Source: a virus
Lineage: Duplodnaviria > Caudoviricetes
IMG/VR virus record: IMGVR_UViG_3300002307_000018
Location: 160,001-224,000 of that record
Length of the DNA: 64,000 nucleotides
Reading direction: 5' to 3' (one strand)
Position numbers and translations under genes: made by a program. This document shows, one piece after another, positions 56,108-63,129 of this stretch; position 1 is the stretch's first letter; every line of letters begins with the position of its first letter. The notes under the pieces were generated by a model. That model saw nothing but the letters and a program-made list of their open reading frames with translations, was not told the DNA's origin and did not search any database.

Positions 56108-56969
56108 TTATTGCTCCAATCATATTCTTGAGATTCTCTGCTCCAAACTGATAGTAGTTTGCATGTCGATCTTTATAGAACTTTTTAGTATCACTGTCAT
56201 TGTGGTAGTCACGCAGATTTTTATTCCACTCGTCTACAATATGCTTGGGTGTACCCACGGGCAACACAAAACAAATGCCAGTAAAGTCGATCCAGTCTTT
56301 AAACTTGTTGTCTAAGCTGGGGACATTTTCCACGCCTGATATCTTATCGGCAGTGGCAATTAAATTTAAGGTTCCACTTTCAATGTGCTTTTCCAGCAAT
56401 GGATATGGAACCAGTATAAAATCAATCTGACCACCCAGTATGTCATTGACAACTGCGCCAGAACTCTTATAGGGAACGGTAATAACATCGTGATTGTGTG
56501 TTACATTGCGTAACAACTGATTGATGTTGTACAACTGACTAGGAGCATTGTACCCAAATGAGTACTTGTTGCCAGACTTGATCTTAGATACAAAGTCGTC
56601 ATAGTTAGTGATAGTTGTCTTAGAGCTAGCTACCAATGCGGCAGTTATCCAATACGTGGCAGTAACATACTCAAATCTAAGATCATTGTTCTTTACAATG
56701 TTAGCTAGTGTGTATACACCACTCAAACCAATCACAGTGCCGTCATTTTGAGATCGTGATAGCTCACGAAGTCCAATAAGACCATCGGCTCCCGGTTTAA
56801 AAACTACCACTAACTTGATATTTTTCTTTTCAAGAAAATACTTTTCCATGTGTCTGGCAGTTTGATCGGCAACACCACCGGGTCCTGATGACAGAATCAG
56901 TGTTACTGTGTTTGCACTAGTAATCGAACAGAACAGCACTAAAAATAGTTGTATTGTAAATTTTATCAT
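56094..56969 (-). CDS. Bug / TctC-family periplasmic solute-binding protein
   Basis: PGGVADQTAR, KPGADGLIG and VPYKSSGAVVNDILGGQIDF motifs. Confidence 0.85.
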   Translation of the reverse strand: MIKFTIQLFLVLFCSITSANTVTLILSSGPGGVADQTARHMEKYFLEKKNIKLVVVFKPGADGLIGLRELSRSQNDGTVIGLSGVYTLANIVKNNDLRFEYVTATYWITAALVASSKTTITNYDDFVSKIKSGNKYSFGYNAPSQLYNINQLLRNVTHNHDVITVPYKSSGAVVNDILGGQIDFILVPYPLLEKHIESGTLNLIATADKISGVENVPSLDNKFKDWIDFTGICFVLPVGTPKHIVDEWNKNLRDYHNDSDTKKFYKDRHANYYQFGAENLKNMIGAINATQ

Positions 56970-56986
56970 AATGATTTATTTATAAC

Positions 56987-57061
56987 TGGTACAGCTAAGG
57001 AGAATCGAACTCCTCTTCCCGCCGTGAAAGGGCGGTGTCCTGACCGATAGACGATAGCTGC
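56987..57061 (-). tRNA. tRNA-Glu(TTC)
   Basis: CCGCC-CTTTCAC-GGCGG, canonical, CCA. Confidence 0.93.
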
Positions 57062-57067
57062 AAAAAT

Positions 57068-57144
57068 TGGCGGACTGGACGAGACTCGAACTCGCAACTT
57101 CCGCCGTGACAGGGCGGTGCTCTAACCAATTGAACTACCAATCC
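57068..57144 (-). tRNA. tRNA-Asp(GTC)
   Basis: CCGCC-CTGTCAC-GGCGG, canonical, CCA. Confidence 0.93.
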
Positions 57145-57155
57145 AAAACTTAATA

Positions 57156-57271
57156 ACCATATTGAAATACACTACAACTCTGGCAACACGATTTACACTC
57201 TTAAATGAGATACGTCATCGGGCTTTCCTAGGAACCCTTTCCAGTCTTAAGGTAATGTACTTCAATATGGT
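57156..57271 (-). ncRNA. Conserved-stem RNA unit B
   Basis: ACCATATTGAAGTACATT...AGTGTATTTCAATATGGT around an insert of about 80 nt with hairpins. Confidence 0.6.
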
Positions 57272-57377
57272 CATCACTACTGAGAATCGAACTCAGTTGG
57301 CCAGTCTGCGCTAGACTGAGAGATACGCTCGGTGATAAATTATCTTACCTTTTCTCTTGCCTCACCATTATGTGATT

Positions 57378-57450
57378 ACCATATTGAAATACACCAAACT
57401 ACTTAGGCCGCGATAGGGGCCATTGTTCATCTGATGTACTTCAATATGGT
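57378..57450 (-). ncRNA. Conserved-stem RNA unit C
   Basis: Same arms around an insert of about 39 nt with a GGCC/GGCC hairpin. Confidence 0.6.
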
Positions 57451-57545
57451 GTCGATTGGCCAAGATCAACAAGAATAAACCTAGCTCTGTTTCCATGGTT
57501 CAAAGCATCTAGTCTCACCAGTGACTTTTCGTCTATTCTTACTTA

Positions 57546-57666
57546 CCATATTGAAACACTCTGTCATTTCAGACTATACACCCTTGCCAGATGTCAACCA
57601 TAATAGGTTCCTGTTAATTCAGGTACTGTAAAACTTCTTTCATAAAGTTTTGTGCTTCAATATGGC
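57546..57666 (-). ncRNA. Conserved-stem RNA unit D (covariant arms)
   Basis: CCATATTGAAGCAC...GTGTTTCAATATGG with the G.U pair kept. Confidence 0.6.
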
Positions 57667-57788
57667 GTCCTATCGTCGTTTCCGGACAATTGGCGGTCAA
57701 GCCACAGCCCTTCATCTATTGTCGAACTCATGCGATTCTGTTTGGGGTCCGGTGTGACTAGCAACGACCTCCCTCCCGATCTACACTC

Positions 57789-57915
57789 AAACCATATTGA
57801 AATACACTCTTTAAACAAGTTTATCGGCACTGCCTCTTGTTGCGGCTGCTCACGGGTTTATCATATTTTATAATAATAAACGCTGCCTTATACTGAATGT
57901 ACTTCAATATGGTTT
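57789..57915 (-). ncRNA. Conserved-stem RNA unit E
   Basis: AAACCATATTGAAGTACATT...AGTGTATTTCAATATGGTTT. Confidence 0.6.
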
Positions 57916-58026
57916 CTATTGTGGGACTCGAACCCACAGTTTGCAACGGTTTCGATGAGTTTTATCTCATCGGAGGGTTTAAGCGTCCCGCCGCCGTCTG
58001 CGTCTACCTTTACCGCTATTATAAAC
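57910..58026 (-). ncRNA. tRNA-Leu-like RNA with expanded core
   Basis: GGTAGACGCA D-region, CTTAAA loop, T-arm GTGGG-TTCGAGT-CCCAC; its 3' CCA is the start of the unit E arm; weak acceptor stem. Confidence 0.45.
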
Positions 58027-58027
58027 A

Positions 58028-58115
58028 CCATATTGAAATACACTATCGTGATTTGCGCCCCACCCGACACTTCCCGCCGGTACCGCTCTCTCCACGTTAA
58101 TGTACTTCGATATGG
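58028..58115 (-). ncRNA. Conserved-stem RNA unit F
   Basis: Same arms with one mismatch; GC-rich nested insert CGTG..CACG, CCGGC..GTCGG. Confidence 0.6.
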
Positions 58116-58256
58116 CAACTACCGTTCGACCAAGGGCGTGTGACCATTGCAGCCAAACAGTAGTTAATCCATTGCCTAGATTGTGCGTTTACATCTGCTA
58201 GGCGCAGGTGGTCAACCGTAGCACAATACGTCTTGTAGTACTGAGTACTTCAAAGG

Positions 58257-58341
58257 TGGTGGAGATTACTGGGATCGAACCAGTCGTGGGCAAGCCCGCC
58301 GGATTTACAGTCCAGTGCATCACCATTGATGCTTCATCTCC
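58257..58341 (-). tRNA. tRNA-Tyr(GTA)
   Basis: CTGGA-CTGTAAA-TCCGG, variable arm, CCA. Confidence 0.9.
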
Positions 58342-58555
58342 GAAACTTTTACTAAATTTCTGGCAGGGGTTTAACGAGATTATCTACCTGCCCAATCTCG
58401 ACATTACGGCGATTTTTCAGTCACGTGCCTTACTAGTCGCTATCTTATGTTCTTGAATTCGTGCCTCTCCTAGGGACTCTTACCCTACTGTTTCGTAACT
58501 GGCATGCCGCCCGGTGAGGCTCAGGTCGCAGTGCCTTCTTCTTTCAAGAATACTT

Positions 58556-58632
58556 TGGGGTGTAGAACGGGATTTGAACCCGCATCAGTCGGCTTCACAA
58601 CCCGAGGCTTTACCGATTAAGCTATCTACACC
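58556..58632 (-). tRNA. tRNA-His(GTG)
   Basis: Encoded G-1, discriminator C, loop TTGTGAA, CCA. Confidence 0.9.
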
Positions 58633-58734
58633 ATTGAAAAAACTGTAGTAAGTCAGGTGCCCATGTCCTAACATAGCGCCGATACAGGCGGGAGATATCA
58701 ATCTCAGTCGGGCAATACGTATCTCTACAAAACT

Positions 58735-58809
58735 TGGTACTGCATACGGGTTACGATCCCGTCTGGTCACCTTGAAAGGGTGATGACCTCACCAGAAGTC
58801 GAATGCAGC
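58735..58809 (-). tRNA. tRNA-Glu(TTC), second copy with A54/U58 T-loop
   Basis: TCACC-CTTTCAA-GGTGA, T-arm ACGGG-ATCGTAA-CCCGT, CCA. Confidence 0.85.
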
Positions 58810-58819
58810 ATTGAAAACT

Positions 58820-58895
58820 TGGCGCCGCTGATGGGGATCGAACCCACCTAAGTCTCGCAGACAACGAGTTACCCTCACCAGAAAGCTACAGCGGC
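58820..58895 (-). tRNA. tRNA-Asp(GTC), second atypical copy
   Basis: GCCGCTG/CAGCGGC, loop TTGTCTG with a pyrimidine at 37, CCA. Confidence 0.8.
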
Positions 58896-59040
58896 ATATT
58901 AGCGAATAAAATAACACACAGTGAAAAATACAATCAACCCATACAAAAATTGTAGTGATGTACGATGAATTTCTTTTACTGTGTCTTCTTCTGTTTGATA
59001 TTCTACTGTGTACATATTGTTTCCTTTGAAACTAGTACTT

Positions 59041-59150
59041 ATCATTATTGAACACACTACACGGGAATCGAACCCGCCTACACCGTAAATTAACACGCTG
59101 CTATGTCCATCACTCAGCGTGGCCTACGCCTTTATGTGTTCAATAATGAT
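59041..59150 (-). ncRNA. Conserved-stem RNA unit H with an internal tRNA T-arm
   Basis: Perfect 16-bp arms ATCATTATTGAACACA/TGTGTTCAATAATGAT; insert has CACGCTG/CAGCGTG and GCGGG-TTCGATT-CCCGT. Confidence 0.6.
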
Positions 59151-59231
59151 GACTCTTGGGGTGCTTCCCAGCAGGCCGATACTTCCCAGTATCATAGAGT
59201 CAACGTACTGCACTTATTGTGTATAATACAC

Positions 59232-59401
59232 AATATTGAAACTCACTGTCAGACCCCTTCCTAAGTGTATTGCGTCTGCTTGCTCACCTTCTGTTTTCTT
59301 GGCGTCTTGAGCGTATCATTTAAGACAGTACTGCGCTGAGCCACTTCAGGCCACGACTTACGTACTCCCTCAGCCAGTAACGGGCAATGAGTTTCAATAT
59401 T
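59232..59401 (-). ncRNA. Conserved-stem RNA unit I
   Basis: Perfect 14-bp arms AATATTGAAACTCA/TGAGTTTCAATATT around about 140 nt. Confidence 0.55.
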
Positions 59402-59409
59402 ATGTATGT

Positions 59410-59504
59410 TACGCAATATTGAAATACACTCTCGACGCCTGGTCCCGTTGCTGCGGCCCACTCGGCGGGACTTTGCGACTTTGAATGTACTTCAATATTG
59501 CGTA
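59410..59504 (-). ncRNA. Conserved-stem RNA unit J
   Basis: TACGCAATATTGAAGTACATT...AGTGTATTTCAATATTGCGTA; insert GTCCCG/CGGGAC; first unit after the promoter at 59540-59577. Confidence 0.6.
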
Positions 59505-59539
59505 CTGATTGTTAAAGAGCGTTTACTGCATTACTTACT

Positions 59540-59580
59540 ATACTACTATTATAACTGAATTCTGATTTACTGTCAAGAGA
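59540..59580 (-). promoter_or_regulatory. Sigma70-type promoter driving the ncRNA/tRNA array
   Basis: TTGACA-17-TATAAT on the minus strand about 40 nt upstream of unit J. Confidence 0.7.
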
Positions 59581-59592
59581 ATTTAACACTAT

Positions 59593-59784
59593 TTAAAAAT
59601 TAAATTCTCTGACCCAATCGAAACGCTGATTACCAAGGCGCACCCACTTGACTGCGTTAGAGTTTACATCTCCTACATGAGGACAAACACAAACCCACCC
59701 ACGATCCTGTGAGAACTTGACTGTTTCAGCGACACGGATAACTTCAACGATTTTACCGTTCATCTTAGCTACTGTTACAGTCAT
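59593..59784 (-). CDS. Hypothetical protein
   Basis: 63 aa with RBS AGGAG. Confidence 0.55.
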   Translation of the reverse strand: MTVTVAKMNGKIVEVIRVAETVKFSQDRGWVCVCPHVGDVNSNAVKWVRLGNQRFDWVREFNF

Positions 59785-60285
59785 TGCAATCTCCTAATAA
59801 TTACGCCGCGTCTACATCAATACCGACACTACGCATATAAGCGTCAAGAGCATCTGAATAATAATCTTCCGCCATTACTCGCATAATCAAACTACGATCA
59901 AACTTCATGCCGTGAATAACCACGGGACCTTCAGCGTCTAGCTTGTCGCAGAATTTTTCTTCTGCACTCGCCATTTGATTCATTAGATCCATTGGGTTTA
60001 AGTCCATGATTGCTTCCTTTTCTCTAGTGTATGTGTACATTGTACACTATTACCGATTTATCGTCAAGCTATTTTTGCGTTAAATCCATATAAATTACAT
60101 TCCCAACTTGCTGCCACTTGTACTTGTGCCGCATTTGCTCAGTCATGATTTTGTCAACTGGCGCCCACAACTCTGGGTACAATTCTCGCATAGCATTCAT
60201 AAACGGAGTATCATACGCATAAGTAGCGTCTTGATACTTTTCCGCCAATCGAGCAATTTTCTCAACGTCAATTGTAATCTGCATA

Positions 60286-60552
60286 TTAGTCCAGACTGTT
60301 AAAAGCATCTTCAAATACTTTTAATACATCTTTAAGAGTATATATTTTATCTGTTTCAAATAGCCACCCACCGTTACCATGACGACCATCATCTACGCAA
60401 ATATAGCGTATGGGCTCATTGTCACGTCTGTGACTTGGGTGTGCATACTCAGTAATGTTAATCTGAGAATGCTTAGTGACAAAGAATTTGACATCAACTC
60501 CACCGTGCGACCCGTGCATTTTCATTGAAACAATAGCTACATTCTTAGCCAT
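60286..60552 (-). CDS. Hypothetical early protein
   Basis: Behind the promoter cassette at 60560-60659. Confidence 0.55.
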   Translation of the reverse strand: MAKNVAIVSMKMHGSHGGVDVKFFVTKHSQINITEYAHPSHRRDNEPIRYICVDDGRHGNGGWLFETDKIYTLKDVLKVFEDAFNSLD

Positions 60553-60559
60553 AGTATTT

Positions 60560-60659
60560 CCTTTTGTTCAGTGTAAGTACGTATTATAACTGAATACTGA
60601 TTTACTGTCAAGGAAAAGCACTAAACAGTGCTTAGTATTGTGTTGTATTTTTACAACAC
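60560..60659 (-). promoter_or_regulatory. Early promoter cassette with ACTAA-N7-TTAGT and TGTTG-N8-CAACA
   Basis: TTGACA-17-TATAAT; palindromes at 60620-60636 and 60640-60659. Confidence 0.75.
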
Positions 60660-60666
60660 TTTTTAT

Positions 60667-60740
60667 TGGAAGGGGTGCTAAGAATCGAACTTAGGATAGC
60701 GAGTTCAAAGCCCGCTGTTATACCATTTAACTACACCCCA
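60667..60740 (-). tRNA. tRNA-Gln(TTG)
   Basis: GCGGG-CTTTGAA-CTCGC, unpaired 1-72, CCA. Confidence 0.88.
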
Positions 60741-60746
60741 CTTGAT

Positions 60747-60821
60747 TGGTAGGTCGCCTCAGTATCGAACTGAGTTCTTTCGGGTAAGAGCCGAGTGCTT
60801 CACCATTAAAGCTTGCAACCT
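60747..60821 (-). tRNA. tRNA-Lys(CTT)
   Basis: AGGTTGC/GCGACCT, loop CTCTTAC, CCA. Confidence 0.85.
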
Positions 60822-60829
60822 ATTGTACA

Positions 60830-60905
60830 TGGCTCCGTCTGTTGGTAACGATCCAACCTTCTTCGGTTAACAGCCGAGCATACTCACCATGAATATTAAG
60901 ACGGA
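60830..60905 (-). tRNA. tRNA-Asn(GTT), second copy with A54/U58 T-loop
   Basis: Loop CTGTTAA, T-arm GTTGG-ATCGTTA-CCAAC, CCA. Confidence 0.85.
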
Positions 60906-60915
60906 ATTGAAATTG

Positions 60916-61008
60916 TGGCGGGTAGCAGAGGAGTCGAACCCCATCCCCATTACAGAGAACCTGGTTTTCAAGGCCAGTCGCAGGACCAACCCCGCTGCAT
61001 TACTACCC
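60916..61008 (-). tRNA. tRNA-Ser(TGA)
   Basis: Loop CTTGAAA, long variable arm, discriminator G, CCA. Confidence 0.88.
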
Positions 61009-61022
61009 GTTGTTTTTGATTG

Positions 61023-61097
61023 TGGTAGTTCCAACTGGAATCGAACCAGTGGTCTTCACGATGTCAACGTGACGATTTACCGCTAATCTATGGAACT
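61023..61097 (-). tRNA. tRNA-Val(GAC)
   Basis: TCACG-TTGACAT-CGTGA, CCA. Confidence 0.92.
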
Positions 61098-62040
61098 ATT
61101 TTTTAACTATTGCTGGATTATATTTATTTAATTGTATATCTCCAGGGAATGTACAATTTGGTCTAGAACAGGTTAGATACTCGTCAAGAAACTTGAAATT
61201 TGAAATATGTCCAAGTATTTTTACCTTACAAATTCCAGCACTGACCTGACCGTTTGCGTACACATCGATTCCTTCGCTACCAGCCGAACATCTCCAATTT
61301 TGAAAATAGTGTTGTCCTTCTGCCATGATAGTGTTCGGCAATGTACGTCTAGTGGTGTTATCGGAGTATACAGACTCACAATCCCACGTGAAATTCATAT
61401 TTAACTTCGTTGGATAGTTCTTAACGAAATTTAACTGCTCTTCGGTATACTGATGCAGATTTCTACTAACTGTGCTTTGATGCTGTAATATTTTTGGAAC
61501 AATGAACGGTTTGAACCGATCATCAACATCATCGACTATTTTCAATACAGTGTCCCACATTTGAGGGTGACACATCAAGTTAAATCTAATCGATACCCCG
61601 TTATCATTTAAAAATTCACAAAGTTCATTGATGCGTATCTTTTTACTATCATAGTACTCGGGGTGTAAAGACAGTATGACTAGATTGGGCAGATGTGGCA
61701 AAGATTTCCACCAACTAATGCCTCTAGTTCCGTTGGTTGTCAATATGATAACGGCATAGTCATGTAGTCGCTCAATAATATTACCGCACTTAGGATGTGC
61801 AGTCGGCTCACCACCTGATATGTTAATCATCAATCTTTTTTGCGTTGTTCGCTGCGTGTCAATCAACGTGTCAATAAACTTATCTATATCATGATCAGTT
61901 GGAAATCCTTGACTTTTAGCGAATTTTCCTTGTTTTAACGCAGGAGGACAATATGTACAATCCTGATTACAGAAATTCGTGATAACCCAATGAACAAAAA
62001 TGTCATTGTTTAAATTTTTTATTTCTATAATCTCTTTCAT
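61096..62040 (-). CDS. Radical SAM protein with C-terminal SPASM/twitch-like Cys cluster
   Basis: CNQDCTYC, SGGEPT and TTNG motifs; C-terminal CSAG...C...C..PNC. Confidence 0.9.
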   Translation of the reverse strand: MKEIIEIKNLNNDIFVHWVITNFCNQDCTYCPPALKQGKFAKSQGFPTDHDIDKFIDTLIDTQRTTQKRLMINISGGEPTAHPKCGNIIERLHDYAVIILTTNGTRGISWWKSLPHLPNLVILSLHPEYYDSKKIRINELCEFLNDNGVSIRFNLMCHPQMWDTVLKIVDDVDDRFKPFIVPKILQHQSTVSRNLHQYTEEQLNFVKNYPTKLNMNFTWDCESVYSDNTTRRTLPNTIMAEGQHYFQNWRCSAGSEGIDVYANGQVSAGICKVKILGHISNFKFLDEYLTCSRPNCTFPGDIQLNKYNPAIVKK

Positions 62041-62053
62041 ATTATCCTAATGT

Positions 62054-62137
62054 TGGTGCCCCCAGCGAGACTCGAACTCGCACGGATTTCTCCACTAGTT
62101 CCTAAGACTAGCGTGTCTGCCATTCCACCACAGGGGC
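62054..62137 (-). tRNA. tRNA-Leu(TAG)
   Basis: CTAGT-CTTAGGA-ACTAG, variable arm, CCA. Confidence 0.93.
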
Positions 62138-62155
62138 ATTGTACTCTTTACTATT

Positions 62156-62229
62156 TGGCGTACCCCCAAGGACTCGAACCTTGACTAGCGGTTTTGGAGA
62201 CCGATATGCTGCCATTACATTAGGGATAC
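62156..62229 (-). tRNA. tRNA-Trp(CCA)
   Basis: Loop CTCCAAA, CCA. Confidence 0.9.
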
Positions 62230-62235
62230 AAAAAC

Positions 62236-62311
62236 TGGAGCGGGTGATCGGGATCGAACCGACGACAATCACGTTGGCAACGTGGCGCTCTACCATCTGA
62301 GCTACGCCCGC
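62236..62311 (-). tRNA. tRNA-Gly(GCC)
   Basis: CCACG-TTGCCAA-CGTGA, canonical, CCA. Confidence 0.93.
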
Positions 62312-62386
62312 ATTAAATTTGTACTACGAAACTATTTATATGTTATACATACTGTCATATAATATGTATGCAAACTTCTCTCGATC

Positions 62387-63100
62387 TCAGCAAATATGCG
62401 GAGGAAGAAGTTTGATTTTCTCAAACTCAGTAATTGGGCCAAGATTTTCTGTAATTATACTAGTGTACTCTGTTGGAATCATATCCAAGGCCAGCATTCC
62501 ACGAGGAGCTGATGACTTACTTACAGTTTTATGAGGTATTCTATGATTGAACACATAGTAAAATCCAGACTTCATTTCTACTTCATATAGATCATCTGAC
62601 AAGTGTGGTACTGGGTTAAAGTCTCCACGATCAGTCGGAGTGTCGGCAGTCCAACTACAGAAATAATTTTTTACATCACTGTTATCTGTAAGCGGAATCA
62701 TTACTTTGCTTGCTACTATTCCATTTGCCAGTCTATCATGATGCCATCTTATAGTACCATTGGGTACTAATAGAGTTAGTTCAGCCCATAACAACGACAT
62801 TGAAACTGTAAACAATGTTTTGATTTCTTCAGCCACGTTGACGATTGCCGCTTCTAATTTTTTATTAGAAAATAATCTTGTTGGATCATATTCTACTCGT
62901 CTAGTGCATGGATATATCGCAGCCTGAGCAGGGTCTCTTTTATTATTTTGAAAGTTTTCTCCCCAGTCTTCTTCTTGCCAACACTGTTGTAGTGCTGAAA
63001 AAAGATCAGAATTCACTGGATTTGGAAACTGATAAATGCTAGTCCATGGTAAATTATTTTTCGTTGGATAAGAAGTATTCATAGTATGAATATTTATCAA
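62387..63100 (-). CDS. 2OG-Fe(II) oxygenase-like protein (Asp/Asn beta-hydroxylase-like)
   Basis: IRWHHD, VMIPLT and FNHRIPHKT motifs. Confidence 0.7.
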   Translation of the reverse strand: MINIHTMNTSYPTKNNLPWTSIYQFPNPVNSDLFSALQQCWQEEDWGENFQNNKRDPAQAAIYPCTRRVEYDPTRLFSNKKLEAAIVNVAEEIKTLFTVSMSLLWAELTLLVPNGTIRWHHDRLANGIVASKVMIPLTDNSDVKNYFCSWTADTPTDRGDFNPVPHLSDDLYEVEMKSGFYYVFNHRIPHKTVSKSSAPRGMLALDMIPTEYTSIITENLGPITEFEKIKLLPPHIC

Positions 63101-63129
63101 ATCGTAAGCGACCCTGTATAAATACTCAC

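Noticed and set aside
57451-58555. Hammerhead or other known self-cleaving ribozyme in the spacers
   Set aside because: GAAA-containing segments occur, but I found no CUGANGA core or convincing HDV-like pseudoknot by eye. A covariance search is needed to exclude them.
57652-59461. Track ORFs over the ncRNA/tRNA array (57652..57873, 57888..58118, 58208..58456, 58585..58770, 59261..59461)
   Set aside because: They overlap tRNAs or stem units, lack start signals and have no protein-like composition. Only the short MYTVEYQ ORF near 58899-59015 may be real.
57156-59504. CRISPR array, since ATTGAAA resembles the 3' end of many CRISPR repeats
   Set aside because: The repeats are inverted pairs rather than direct repeats, spacing is irregular (40-140 nt inserts plus tRNAs), the arms covary, and no cas gene is in the window.
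53682-59504. Integron attC sites or MITEs as the explanation for the stem units
   Set aside because: There are no GTTRRRY core sites, integrase, transposase or evident target-site duplications. The mismatches resolve as G.U only on the transcribed strand, which favours an RNA structure.
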